Positions 1 through 12,632 of a DNA stretch of 64,000 nucleotides are shown piece after piece. This DNA is from Antedon mediterranea. Lineage: Eukaryota > Animalia > Echinodermata. The DNA is taken from NCBI RefSeq assembly GCF_964355755.1, contig NC_092672.1:26666437-26730436 (forward strand). The letters are read 5' to 3'. The position numbers and the translations under genes are program-made. Each line of letters starts with the position of its first letter. Within the stretch, counting starts at the first letter, position 1. Under the pieces are notes generated by a model. That model had not been told where the DNA came from and made no database searches. It was given only the letters and a program-made list of their open reading frames with translations.

Positions 1-1966
1 AGATGCTGTATCATGGAATTACCCTATGATACTGGACAAATTTTGATAGAGTACAGATAATTGGCTGTGCAAACTACTTAATAATTTTAATAATATAAGT
101 TAATCTTGTAGATGAAATTTTAATAGATGGCAAAATTTTAGACTTGAACAATTGTTAGAATAGGATCGTTTGTCAGTTTTGTACAAAGGAGTGAATTACA
201 TTTGTGCTTTGCTTAGTAGGGAGCCTTTGATTTCAATACACAACATAGACATATTCACATGTTACGAGTTCTGATAAACTACCCCAACTTCTAAATTAAT
301 GGTGGCTATAATATTGCTGATTTTATTAAATTAAATTGTTCTACTAAAGGTTCCTAACATTTTATTTAATACACTATGGTATTTGTGATGAAATTATTTT
401 TCAGTTAGTTTCAGATTGATTTTAAAAACTTCATTTGGGGTTTTTTTACACTTTTTATCATTTCAGTAGGCAAATATGATTTCACTAAAATGTATTTTTT
501 TGTTGTTTATTTGTACATTCTTTATAAACATGACACACTAAGTACTATTTTTTAACATTTTAAATTAAAGATAGTAAAATGAAAAATGATCTAAAATGAA
601 CAAAAACTACATTGCAATGTATATACCACCAAAAAAATACATTTCTAACTTTCTATGAATCAATTTTTTAAAACTTTTTTTGTCAGTACTAAGTAAAAAC
701 CATAAAATTATTTTATGTTAATTAAAAAATGACCGATAGCATCAATGTTTATTACCCCTACCCCTAAACTGAAGATCTTGCTAAATTTTTACAATTCTAC
801 TATTCATATATAATGTGTACTAAAAGTAATACTGTGAAATAGTTTTTTTCCACATTCCACATTCAAAGGAAACAAAATTAATTATTTATTCTTTGTCCAT
901 TAACAGTTGGGTATGACATCATGTGAATAATTGTTATTAGAAAAATGCTGCACTTTTTATAGAATTAACAAATTGTATATGATATGTTTTTATTTTTTAA
1001 AATAGCTAGCTTTAAATTAACAAATAAATGTTACTCACCTTTATTATTGTTTGTTTTTTTCTCTCTTCATTATACCCATTGTAGAACACAAAACTGCAAT
1101 GCGTGAAACTTATAATATTATTTGTCATTTATACAACATAGAAAGAATGAAATTGTAATTGGTTGAATTTAACATGCAATATATAAAGCATAATATCCAG
1201 TGATTCGAAAGAAATCTTCAAACTTGCTATTAAATGCATTAACAGAATTATAAACACATTTTTGTATCTATAGTGTTTAATACTACACAGAAATTAGGAT
1301 GTTTATTATTCGGGATCACAATAAAAACAGGTTACGTTATGTAGTATTTGTTGATATTTATTGTATTTCTGTGCCAAAATGATCATATTTTACTAATGTA
1401 AAATGTTTTAATACACAGTAGAACTTCTATTAAAGGGACACCTTCAGAACTAACCCAACAAATTGTCCTATGATGCTCGTAACTAAGTATTACATTTGTC
1501 AATTCTTATGGACAGTTTTTTAAACAATATACAATTTGTGGTGTGGTACATGGCTATCAGAGGCGGATCCATTCCAGCATCACTGACGGAACCAAGAATT
1601 TTGAAGAAAATACTAAATTTATATACATATATAGATTGTGAGCAGACCTCTTGCTGTTTCGGTCGGTTTAATTCACTTTGCTATTGGAAATGCACGGAAT
1701 TATTTAATTAGTTATGTGTCATTTCGATTGGATATGTGCATTTGGACCTGCTAAACCTGATTAATAAAAAAAAAATAAAAAACGATTTTGCATACAATAC
1801 AGAAGGTCTTTTTAAATTGAGACGGGTTGGTGAATTTTGTCCAAGATGGGGAAATTTCTGTCCAGAATGGGGAAATATTTTTTCAAGAATAAGAACAATA
1901 GCGATAGGTGGCGCTATAATCGTGTCCAAGATGGGGAAGCTGTCCAATATAGAGAAATCCGATTTG

Positions 1967-2430
1967 TCCAAAATGGGGAAATTTCTGTCCAAGATGGGGA
2001 AGTGGTGGCGCTATATCGTGTCCAAAATGGGGAAATTTCTGTCCAAGATGGGGAAGTGGAGGCGCTATATCGTGTCCAAATTGGGGAAACTTCTGTCCAA
2101 GATGGGGAAGTGGTGGCGCTATATCGTGTACAAAATGGGGAAATTTCTGTCCAGGATGGGGAAGTGGAGGCGCTATATCGTGTCCAAAATGGGGAAATTT
2201 CTGTCCAAGATGGGGAAGTGGAGGCGCTATATCGTGTCCAAATTGGGGAAATTTCTGTCCAAGATGGGGAAGTGGTGGCGCTATATCGTGTCCAAAATGG
2301 GGAAATTTTTGTCCAGGATGGGGAAGTGGAGGCGCTATATCGTGTCCAAAATGGGGAAATTTCTGTCCAAGATGGGGAAGTGGTGGCGCTATATCGTGTA
2401 CAAAATGGGGAAATTTCTGTCCAGGATGGG
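1967..2430 (+). repeat. 54-bp tandem repeat (about 8 copies) in the left TIR; about 3 inverted copies at about 5010-5170
   Basis: Unit TCCAAAATGGGGAAATTTCTGTCCAAGATGGGGAAGTGGTGGCGCTATATCGTG. It explains the 18-aa periodic ORFs in several frames. Confidence 0.95.
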
Positions 2431-3329
2431 AAATGCTGTGTCAAAAATAGGGAAACTGTCCAATATAGATAAATCCGATTTGTCCAAAATGGGGAAATTT
2501 CTGTCCAGGATGGGGAAGTGCTGTGTCCAAAATAAAGCTGTCCAATATAGAGAAATCCGATTTGTCCAAAATGGGGAAATTTTGCCTCGAGAGAAGGGCT
2601 GTGTCCAAAATAAAGAAACTGTCCAATATATAGAAATCCGATTTGTCCAAAGTGGAGAAATGTTGTCTAAAATAGAGAAATTTTTAGAAGAAAAATATAA
2701 TTTTTGGACAAATTTCTCCAGAATAGAGAAGTGCTGTGTCCAAATTAGAGAAACTACAGTATCCAAGGCCTAATAAATTCGATTTTTCCAAATTGTATAA
2801 AAGAGAAACTGTCAAATATGTGCCCAAAATGTTCAATGACTTACCATTACAAGGATTATGAACTTGGTATTTATAACTATAATCATTCATTTTGTATTGG
2901 ATTTTGATGTTTGTCTATGGATTAGGTCAGGCGTGGATCATCACATAGCTACTGGTAGCATTGTTAAGCAGATATGCGAAACATCGGGCATAGAAATTGA
3001 TCAAACATTGGTGTTGAATGCTTCTTTAGCATTTGAAGCTCAATCAAATATCAATGAAGATATGCATTGCAATATATGTGCCATCCCACAATAATGATCA
3101 TGGATGTGAACAGAAAGGTTTATTTTAGGACAGCTTTGTCTGAACTTGGCAAGCCTCATGAATGTATAGAAAAAGTAGATTGCATAGCATTTTATGAACG
3201 AGTTAGTTTAAACCACATTAAGTACATTAACAAGTCGTTCGGTCTGAAAACAACCAAAGATATTCTTGGAAGACTGATTATTTCAACGCCTAAGTCAAGT
3301 GTTGTAGCACAAACGACTGATGAACCCAA

Positions 3330-4060
3330 TGACTGGTGGCTGAAGGAATACCAACTATGATTACACCATAAAAAGCTTGTAGAAGAGAGACATAATGAGG
3401 TAGATAATAGGATTATAAATGCCGCCAACATAATTCTAAAGAGAAACTATCCAGAAACACGTGGATTACAAGACATCATCTATCAACAGCAAATGCACAA
3501 TTTTGTCAAGACTACACAATATGTTCGCACTGGATTACAATATCAATCAAGCATTGGTACCAAAAACTTACCAATAGTAACGTCGATGTGTACGATAGTT
3601 TACAGACATTGAATCCAAGAAATTACCCGTTAGAATTGACTCAGGTGGCATGCAAGTTGATGGAACCCAGCGTTCCCAACATGAATTTTCACGTACATGG
3701 TACGGTGTACAACCTTATGCAAGTAACACTTGTGGCCATTTTTGTATAGCATTTGCATTTGATGCTGCATTATGTGCAGGAAAAGATCCATCAACACTAC
3801 GATTTGAAGAAGACGAGAGGGTTGTTAGGCGAAAGCTTGTTGAAGCATTTGAGAAGGCAGATTTTGCGTGGATATTTAGAAATTGATAACTGCCACAATG
3901 CCCCTGCATCAAGGATGTCCGCAATACCTCTGACAAACTGCTGCAACACACCCATTACTCCACAAGTCATCAACTGCTTTACATGCCACAAGCCTTATCA
4001 TAAGGAATGCATAACACATGCCATGTGCGAAAGATGTGCTCATAAAAAAAAATATATGAT
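3330..4060 (+). pseudogene. Decayed Ulp1/C48-like cysteine protease followed by a PHD-like zinc finger (transposon cargo)
   Basis: Motifs read across stops and frameshifts: DNRIINAANIILKRNYPETRGLQD, HWITIS (about 3529), VDVYDSL (about 3582), QPYASNTCGHFCIAFA (about 3710), giving a His/Asp/Cys triad. Then CFTCHKPYHKEC...CERC (about 3975-4040). Confidence 0.7.
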
Positions 4061-5813
4061 CAACAAGAGCGGTTACGAACCGAAGCAAGAAGAGAGAGAC
4101 CCACAAGCAAGACCAACAGCTGGTTAACATTCGCTCTACAACTACATAAACACTATTGTATACTTAGGAAAGTTACCTTAGGCCGAGGATCATGTGTTTC
4201 TTGTACCTTTAGGTAATGTTTACGGAGAAACACTTCAATTATTGCATAAGAATAAAATTGGTTCCTCATCAATAATAAATAAAAAAAAATGAAAATACTA
4301 ATACTATGGCTCATGAAATGGTCCATATGAAAATTTTTCTTGATGGAATTAGAGATGATCGGCAGAATGGGAAAGTTTTCAAGAAAATGGGAAGAACATC
4401 AGTAGCCATAATAAATCAGCACAGCAATTCACTCCCTGGTAAATTTAAAAGAATACACATTGACAGAATAGTTGCTCACTAATGACATTTGTATAGACAC
4501 AAAGATTTTGAGAGAAATTTAACCCAAAAAACAAATCTAATAGAGCATAAACCTTACAGAAAATGCAAAGCACTGGCTGTTAATCATATTTTAATATCAA
4601 CATAATTATTAGCCCTAAACTATGCCTATTTGGAGTAGGAAATAACTCAGTAAAAGAACTAATTAATACTATGTTACAAATATGCAAATACTCGTATACT
4701 ATTGTAAAGTGAGAAAAATGTTTTCAGATTAGAAGTGTGAACTTAATTAAAGTTTTTAAAACAAACAAAAAAGTTTCTTATGTTGTTTTAATGTTTTGCC
4801 TTCTCTATATTGTGCAGCTTCCCTATTTTGGACACAGCACTTCCCCATTCTGGACAGAAATTTCTCCATTTTGGACAAATCGGATTTCTCTATATTGGAC
4901 AGCTTCCCCATCTTGGACACAGCACTTACCCATTCTGGACAGAAATTTCCCCATTCTGGACAAATCGGATTTCTCTATATTGGACAGCTTCCCTATTTTT
5001 GACACAGCATTTCCCCATCCTGGACAGAAATTTCCCCATTTTGGACACGATATAGCGCCACCACTTCCCCATCATGGACAGAAATTTCCCCAATTTGGAC
5101 ACGATATAGCGCCTCCACTTCCCCATCCTGGACAGAAATTTCCCCATTTTGGACACGATATAGCGCCACCTATCGCTTTTGTCCTTATTCTGGACAAAAT
5201 ATTTCCCCATTCTGGACAGAAATTTCCCCATCTTGGACAAAATTCACCACACCTATTGTAATTCGGTTTGTGCATTCGATAAGTAGAACATTGCTATTAA
5301 TATCCATACTCTTTTATCACTTATCGTTTATAGCTAAAACTCACCACAACAAGGATATAAGTTATAGGATCAAATAAGAAAGATTATAACATTATCGAGA
5401 CTGGATTGGTCGATTCAATGTTTGTATATCCCCTCCCGTGGTAACAAAAACTGCTATCGACCAATTAAATGGCTGCAAAGTTGGAAATTCCATTGGAATG
5501 TTTAAGATACACAAATAGTTATAAGGTGTGGAAATATATAAAATTGTGAAACGTATACAAATTATCATTCCAGCTTTTTCGTCTTTCAGACAGTCGGAAA
5601 TTATCGCTGAATTTAATTCTCCACATTAAAGGTTAGTAACAAATTTGTTTCATATCTTAATTAAGACTATGACAAAACACATTTCTACACATTATTAAAT
5701 ATGAATTATTCCTTAATTATATTCTGTAGATAAAATTATGGATAAATAATAACTATTCACTGAATCAACCCTAAAGTTAGCTACTGTACATTAATCTAAC
5801 GATATGTCAAGTG

Positions 5814-5930
5814 TTTTTATAGTTTATTTTGTATTTACTGTTTGTATTGTTTGAGGGTCCGTAATGATCAGCTGATGCTGGATGGACCACCCTCATAAAA
5901 TATTGTTGAAATAAAATAAAAAATAAATAA
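5814..5930 (+). mobile_element. 5'-truncated LINE/SINE 3' end (stem-loop plus A-rich tail)
   Basis: Absent from tandem copy 2 (GTCAAGTG^AAATCTTAATAAC). Hairpin GAGGGTCC...GGACCACCCTC followed by an (AAAT)n tail. Confidence 0.7.
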
Positions 5931-6193
5931 AATCTTAATAACACAGGTAAAACCTTCTTGAAAAATTATTCACTCGTCCCTGCTTAACATTTATAATAAA
6001 AAAAAAGTTGTAACTGAATTGAATTTGAATAAGGAACTAGAACTAACTTTACATACCTAAATTTTGTTGTGGGATGAGGATTTTTTTCCAAATCGGTTTA
6101 TACACAGTGAGAAATGTTAAATGTGTAAGAAAGCTATGAATATTCAGCTACGTTTAAGAAACTATTCAAAATCACTGTTGACATATCTTTGCA

Positions 6194-6298
6194 CTTTTTT
6201 TTTTCAACAATATTTTATGAGGGTGGTCCATCCAGCATCAGCTGATCATTAGGGAAATCCCCTCAAACAATACAAACAGTAAATACAAAATAAACTAG
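6194..6298 (-). mobile_element. Second copy of the same retroposon 3' end, opposite orientation
   Basis: Reverse complement of 5820-5912, preceded by poly-T, and absent from tandem copy 2. Confidence 0.7.
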
Positions 6299-7759
6299 CA
6301 TTGCATCTATAATTTATTTTTCTTGTACATAATCAAATTACGTTTATTTATAAGCAGTTTCAGCTCTTATGGTAATTTTAGTTTACTTCTTTCACCCCAA
6401 CTAATACGAAATACTATTTCGGTTGGTGCATTAAATAAGTAGAGCACTGCTATTACTTTCCATACTCTTTTTCCACATGGTCAGAGTGTTACATAAGTAA
6501 TAGGATCACAAAAGAAAGATTATAACATTATCGAGACTGGATTGGTCGATTCAATATTTGTATATCCCCTCCCGTGGTAAAGAAAACTGCTATCGACCAA
6601 TTAAATGGCTGCAAAGTTGGAAATTCCATTGGAATGTTTAAGATACACAAATAGTTATAAGGTGTGAAAATATATAAACTTGTGAAAAATTATCGCTGAA
6701 TTTAATTCTCCACATTAAAGATTAGTAACAAATTTGTTTCATATCTTAATTAAGACTATGACAAAACACATTTCCACACATTATTAAATATGAATTATTC
6801 CTTAATTATATTCTGTAGATAAAATTATGGATAAATAATAACTATTCACTGAATCAACCCTAAAGTTAGCTACAGTACATTAATCTAACGATCTGTCAAG
6901 TGAAATCTTAATAACACAGATAAAACCTTCTTGGACAATATGTTCACTCGTCCCTGCTTAACATTTTTATTTAAAAAAAAATTTAACTGAATTGAATTTG
7001 ATTAAGGAACTATAACTAACTTTACATAGGTCTACATACATTTTTTTGCGGGATGAGGATTTTTTTCCAAATCGGTTTATACACAGTGAGAAATGTGTAA
7101 GGAAGCTATGAATATTCAGCTATCGTTTAAGAAAGTACTCAAAATCACTGTTGACACATCTTTGCACCTTTGCATTGCATCTATAATTTATTTTTCTTTT
7201 ACATAATCAAATTACGTTTATTTATAAGCAGTTCTTTTCAGCTCTTATGGTTATTTTTGTTTACTTCTTTATCCCAACTACTACGAAATACTATTTCGGT
7301 TGGTGCATTAAATACGTAGAGCATTGCTATTACTTTCCATACTCTTTTTTCACCTAGCGTTCATAGCCACGTCACCACAACAAAATGATATAAGTAATAG
7401 GATCACATAAGAAAGATTATAACATTATCGAGACTGGATTGGTCGATTAAATGTTCGTATAACCCCTCCTGTGGTAACAAAAACTGCTATCGACCAATTA
7501 AATGGCTGCCAAGTTGAAAATTCCATTGGAATGTTTAAGATACACAAATAGTTATAAGGTGTGGAAATATATAACATTGTGAAACGTATACAAATTATCA
7601 TTCCAGCTTTTTCGTCTTTCAGACAGTCGGAAATCATCGCTGAATTTAATTCTCCACATTAAAGGTTAGTAACAAATGTGGTACATCTTAAAATTAATTA
7701 AGGCTATGACAAATCAATCTATTGCTTATTTTATGTAATTTAATATTTATATAACTTAA

Positions 7760-7900
7760 TGTTAACCCTGACGAAGAAATTAGTGTTTTCTGAAAGCTTA
7801 AAATTCACCTTTTTATTTTATCGTTTTAATTGAGTATTTTATTTCTATCTCCATTGATCCAGCCACTGATACCCACAGCATTATCATTTTATCAGTAATT
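7760..7900 (+). mobile_element. Probable Penelope-like pseudo-LTR remnant with degenerate hammerhead core
   Basis: CTGACGA-AGAAA...TTTCT-GAAA-GCTTA with a palindromic AAGCTT stem III. Stem I is degenerate. Confidence 0.4.
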
Positions 7901-8599
7901 GTTTATAGATTTATTAATACTGTATTTGAAATGTTCATGTATGGGTCCTTGCGACGATAAATCGATATCGATTGTCTTACATATAACAAAATAAGTTAGA
8001 TAAGTTTTTGTTCTAGAAATATATAGGATAATCATTTATGCTGTCTTTGATCAAAATTATTATTTTTTTTAATCCAATCAAATGATGTCATGATCAGTAA
8101 TCGTTGTATTGTCATGATATTATTGCTCTTACCAATCATGACGTCATGTGGAAATATAATTTTCATCAAAGGCAGCGTAGATGGCTATCCTATAATAGTT
8201 CTAGGATGAAAACTGTTTAAATTTCTTTTGTTTCAGGAAGTGTGAAAATGCATATTTAACTATTTGTCGTCGATCGTTATCGCCCTTGTGTAAATGGGCC
8301 TTAAAGCTGAATATTTGGCTTGAGAATGTTTACACAGGGCCTGCTTTCAGTTTAGTAGCAGTGTTATGCAATGCTATCAATTCTTATATAACGCTTGATA
8401 GCCATGTCTGTGAAGTTAGCTAAGTTTCCTAGTTCCTTTTTCAAATTGGATTAAAGGGACAGTTACAACTTTTTAAATTATAATTAATTATTAATTAATT
8501 ATTTGTCTAATACATTATGCAGGCATGTGACCATTATTATGGCGAATAATGAGGTAGTCAGTCATTTTGACCTTGACCTAGTGACCTATTATTTATTAA

Positions 8600-9175
8600 C
8601 ACGAATAAGTACAGTAACTAGCTTTACAACCGGTATAACACTTGACCTACTTAATATTTTGAAAATATTTTGGTATGGATCGATGACATACTTTACCATT
8701 TGCCACCCTAGTTCCGCGAACGTCTACGCTCTCTACGGCGAAAAGTAACAAAAACAAAAAAAGTAAATTTCGAGCCCTGTAATTTGCAAAATAATTCGCT
8801 GAACTATGGTGGACAGTGATAGAGTACGTCAAGGGTCATCGATCCATACCAAAATATTTTGAAAATATTAAGTAGGTCAAGTGTTATAACGGTTGTAAAG
8901 CTATTTACTTATTCGCCATAGAGAACGTACACACAATAAAGATTGCGGAACTAGGGTGGCAAATGGTAAAGTATGTCAAGGGTCATCGATCCATACCAAA
9001 TTATTTTGACAACATTAAGTAGAGCAAGTGTTATAACGTTTGTAAAGCTACTTACTTATTCGCCATAGAGGGCGTAGACGCAATGAAGTTTGCGGAACTA
9101 GGGTAGCAAATGGTAAAGTAGATCAAGGGTCATCGATCATACCAAACATTTTGAAAATATTAAGTAGGTCAAGGA
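8600..9175. repeat. About 147-bp repeat: one inverted copy followed by three direct copies
   Basis: CTTGACCTACTTAATATTTTGAAAATATTTTGGTATGGATCGATGAC (8641) is inverted at about 8835. TCAAGGGTCATCGATC recurs at about 8829, 8976 and 9123. Confidence 0.8.
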
Positions 9176-9249
9176 GCGCGTAAATGCATAAATGTTATTG
9201 AACTTTGAAGGCTAACATGTTCATGCAACAACAATTAGACAGTGTTACG

Positions 9250-10370
9250 TATGAAAATCTTTTTTTAAACATATTTGTGCTGATGACACAGTGATTTTTA
9301 CAACAGGTGAAAATAGTTTAAAATATATTTTTATTGAAATTAATGCTTTTTGTAATATTTCGGGGTAAAAAGCTAAATAAAGGAAAATGTAAAGGAATCT
9401 TGATTGGATCAATTCAGAATAACCTAGCAACCCCTCTTGGTATCACTTGAACGAAAGAGCCAATGAAATTTCTCGGAATTTATGTTGGCTATAAAAAAGG
9501 TATTTGTGAAAAAAAAACCTGGGATGATAAAATTAGGGATTTAGAGCATACTTTAAGACCTATGGGAAAAACGACACCTTGCCTTCTTTGGAAAAATGAT
9601 CATAATTAAAAGTCGTATTGATTACCAAAACATATATTTCCAATTGTAGAAAAGTTACTGTATAGATTCCTATGGGGAAATAAAAAAGAAAAGATTAGGA
9701 GGAAACACTTATAAATAAAATAGAAGAGGGAAGGGTTAATATGATTGATTTTTATGTAGTTGTGAACTCGTTAAAGCTAAACACTGGGTTAAGGGATTAC
9801 TGAGCCCAGACCCAGGCAAGTGGAAATATATTCCAAAATATTACATGCACTCTTTAGAAAGTACATTAGAGATAAGTAAGCTTAATTTTGAAGAGCAAAA
9901 ACAATTACAAATTATGCCTGAATTTTATTAATATAATGATTAATGCGATTGTGAAAATAAATAATATTGAACTGTTAGATCCTCAAAATATACAGGAAAT
10001 TAAATCTCAAGCCCCGTGGAAAAATAAACGTATACTGTCAGACGGAAAGTCTTTATACTTCATAAATTAGGCTATAAAACAATTGGTGAAATTTTGGTCA
10101 ATAACAGAATTTTAAGTCTTAGAGATTTGATTCCCTCGTTATAATAAAGCATAATGGGATAATAGAATACTTCAAGCTAATGAATGTTTTTCGTATTGAA
10201 TGGAAGGAAGTATTGGCACAACCTAGAATAGAAAAAGAACAAGTTTGTTGGAATTATAAATGCATTTTCCAATCAAATGTTTAAATATGTTTTTATGATA
10301 TGTTTATAATTGAATTAACGACAGTGTCAATCTCCCAAGGTAAATGTGAAACGGAGTTTTTATATAAAAA
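9250..10370 (+). mobile_element. Decayed L1/Tx1-clade LINE ORF2 C-terminal fragment
   Basis: Frameshifted motifs KFLGIYVG (about 9467), WDDKI, W.KRHL..FGK.IIIKS and a C-terminal EEG(G)L.M.DF segment, typical of the L1/Tx1 post-RT region. Confidence 0.65.
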
Positions 10371-10868
10371 AGAGAATGAGAAAAATGCACAGAATAAATT
10401 CTAAACCACCCGGTGATATAATATATAGGTAACTTTATTTCTAAAAAATGTAACAAAACCACGCACTGTGGTGGATTTATAAAATCTGATAAGTTCTTAC
10501 ATGCATGCCTCTTACAACAACAAAAAATATAAAATAACGTAAAAACAATGATTCAAAATAACAAAAGCCACTTATTTCTGTTGCTGACAATCTCACGCAA
10601 ATGAATTAAGTCGTTTAAATTACTTAACTTAAAAATTTCTGATAAATAAATCATTTCTAAGTGTACTTAACAGATTGGTTTGATGTTTTCCAATTCGCCC
10701 TTTTATTGAATTAGAGTGTACAATACCAAACACCAATGCTGAAAAAGCAGGAGTATCTTCACTAATTCTAAGTATATGGCCAAGCATAGACCACCAAGCG
10801 GTGATATACTGACATTTAATTAATTTGAAACGATAAAGTTGAGGAAATCTGTGAGAATGAGAAAAATT

Positions 10869-10941
10869 CGCCCCAACCGAGATTCGAACCCGGAACTTTC
10901 TGCTTGATATGCAGATGTCGTAACCATTAGGCCACTGGGGC
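10869..10941 (-). pseudogene. tRNA-like sequence (pseudo-tRNA or head of a tRNA-derived repeat); apparent anticodon ATC
   Basis: GCCCCAG TG GCCTAATGGTTACGAC A TCTGC-ATATCAA-GCAGA AAGTT CCGGG-TTCGAAT-CTCGG TTGGGGC G. Acceptor, anticodon and T stems pair and A/B boxes are present. The D stem is mismatched. Confidence 0.6.
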
Positions 10942-11699
10942 TGTCATGGTATTGTTCAAACTCGATTGGATAGCGACTCTTTAACATTCTCGGCGTGGTA
11001 CGGCGGAACAGCACTAATCCCTCAATTGTACGCACGCGCACTAGAGATCAAATTGACAAGCCCTCATCTTTCAGTATTTTATTTACGAAGCGGGATCTCC
11101 GATGAAGATACTTTTTTATATATAAACATCACAGGCACTGAATAAATTCTAAACCACCCGGTGATGCCTTAAGGCCAATTTACGCAGACTAGCAGCGGTA
11201 ACGGTAATAACAAATATAGAATCTATGTTATTCCTATGACAAAGCGGAGAGGACGGGCGGTTTCCGCTCAGGATAGATACATATGTAAATGAACTAAAAG
11301 AAAGCTAAGGTTTGTGAATAGAACTAGAAAAGTTAGAACTGCACAAATTAAAATACAAGAACTATTTAGCCCTAACAGTCTTATTCGACTTGAACCCTCA
11401 CAATTATAAGGTAAATATTTATTGTAGAGTTGGGATAGGTGTGTGCAAATACACACAAATTATTTTGTGGTGTAACCTACAACTTTTATTCGTTCATCAT
11501 AATAATATTTTCTCACATAATACTCTATTTTTTTATTATTTTCTTGAATTTATGATACCCACAATTATAATAATAAAAAGTAAAAATGCATATAATATTG
11601 TTTACAGTATAGTATATTACATTATACATTGGTATATAATTCGCGGTAAATTTAACGCAGATCATGAAAGCGAAAGTGCTTGATACAAAATGTAGAGCC

Positions 11700-12200
11700 A
11701 AATAGAAATAAATGATAAAGACGCTAGTAAATTAGCAACTGAACATTTTATTGCACTACAGGCTCTTTCATGAGTATGACCTCAATCTTCAGGTGCTTGG
11801 CTCTGAATGATAGTCACAAGTGAATACAAAAAGCTATAATGAAGTTTTATGGCAAAACTGTTTATGTGAACAATAGTATGCTAATTAGCAAGTACAACAC
11901 ATCTCTATTTCCTGGATGGACAGTCTATTGTTAACCGATTTCCTATTATCTAAATTACTGATACCTCAATAGAAACTTTCTCCTATGTCTACATCCACTG
12001 ACCAATTCGTTCCTATGGTTAAGTGAGCTGGTTTCAGGCTAGCATATGATGTAATACTTCTCTTGCAAGCATAGATTACACCGTTTGTTAACATTGGAAT
12101 ATGGTTTACACCTCTTTATTATTCGCCATTTAATGTTATACTTTATGTTATCATCTTTTAGCTTCAAGATATACCGGCTAATCGTTGTGCTGTTTGATCA
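11700..12200 (-). mobile_element. Penelope-like retroelement 3' remnant (GIY-YIG C-terminus plus pseudo-LTR)
   Basis: Minus strand reads LQEKYYII...SSLNHRNELVSGCRHRRKFL (about 12070-11975), followed by a hammerhead motif. Confidence 0.7.
11753..11796 (-). ncRNA. Minimal type I hammerhead ribozyme (degenerate stem III)
   Basis: GCAC CTGAAGA T TGAG-gtcata-CTCA T GAAA gagcctG TA GTGC, with perfect stem I and stem II. Confidence 0.55.
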
Positions 12201-12540
12201 ATGATCATGTTTATGAATCACACACAAAACTGACTGAGACATAGATTACATTTCTGCCATTAATCAAATTTCTTATTTAGAAAAATACTAATAGAAAATG
12301 TTGACGTGTTTTAATTAAATGTGCAGTAATTGTATTAAGTAATATCTCTTTGACCTGATAAATATCATTGACGGGTGCATTTATACGTACAACCTGTCAC
12401 TGTGGCCTGATTTATATCAGAGAAAAATAAATATTTGACAATTATTGGACATGATTTACAACAGACTGACAGTTGGTTTTCAGTGGCATCACCAACACTA
12501 AAATAATAAATTACCTAGAAAAAATCATGTAAGTCTAACC

Positions 12541-12570
12541 TACTAACTAAAATTCTGTCATTTTTTTTAG
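12541..12570 (+). promoter_or_regulatory. Branch point and 3' splice acceptor upstream of SNTX-GTPase paralogue 1
   Basis: TACTAAC at 12541, poly-T tract and AG at 12569-12570. The downstream exon sequence is homologous to that after the acceptor at 42228. Confidence 0.7.
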
Positions 12571-12632
12571 AAGAGAGATCACGTCATTGGATAAAGAAAG
12601 GTAAATTTGTGGTTCAGAAGAATCCAGTCAAG

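Larger units (their letters stand above)
1819..5250. mobile_element. Foldback-type DNA transposon (probably MULE/Mutator-like) with long, internally repetitive terminal inverted repeats; non-autonomous or decayed
   Basis: Left arm GGTGAATTTTGTCCAAGATGGGGAAATTTCTGTCCAGAATGGGG (from 1829) is the reverse complement of the right arm ending ...CCCCATCTTGGACAAAATTCACC (about 5248). Arms span about 1829-2760 and 4800-5248. The left terminus GAGACGGGTTGG resembles the MITE terminus at about 26630. The right tip is degenerate and there is no clean TSD. Confidence 0.8.
5261..7700. repeat. Local tandem duplication, about 870-bp unit, about 2.5 copies
   Basis: AAGATTATAACATTATCGAGACTGGATTGGTCGATT recurs at about 5380, 6516 and 7413 with collinear flanks. 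Copy 1 is longer because of two insertions. Confidence 0.9.

Noticed and set aside
100-280. Possible decayed PAN-like exon (GVNY.CALLS)
   Set aside because: Too short, interrupted by stops, and the cysteine pattern is incomplete.
1708-2773. 345-aa, 211-aa and 176-aa repetitive ORFs, and their mirrors at 4737-5275
   Set aside because: They are by-products of a stop-free 54-bp repeat in transposon TIRs and are open in several frames on both strands.
10820-11041. 73-aa ORF overlapping the tRNA-like sequence
   Set aside because: No recognisable motif. It is explained by the tRNA-derived repeat.
12609-12632. GTG start given by the ORF track for paralogue 1
   Set aside because: This is a eukaryotic gene. 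The first ATG is at 12633 and aligns with the paralogue 2 start.
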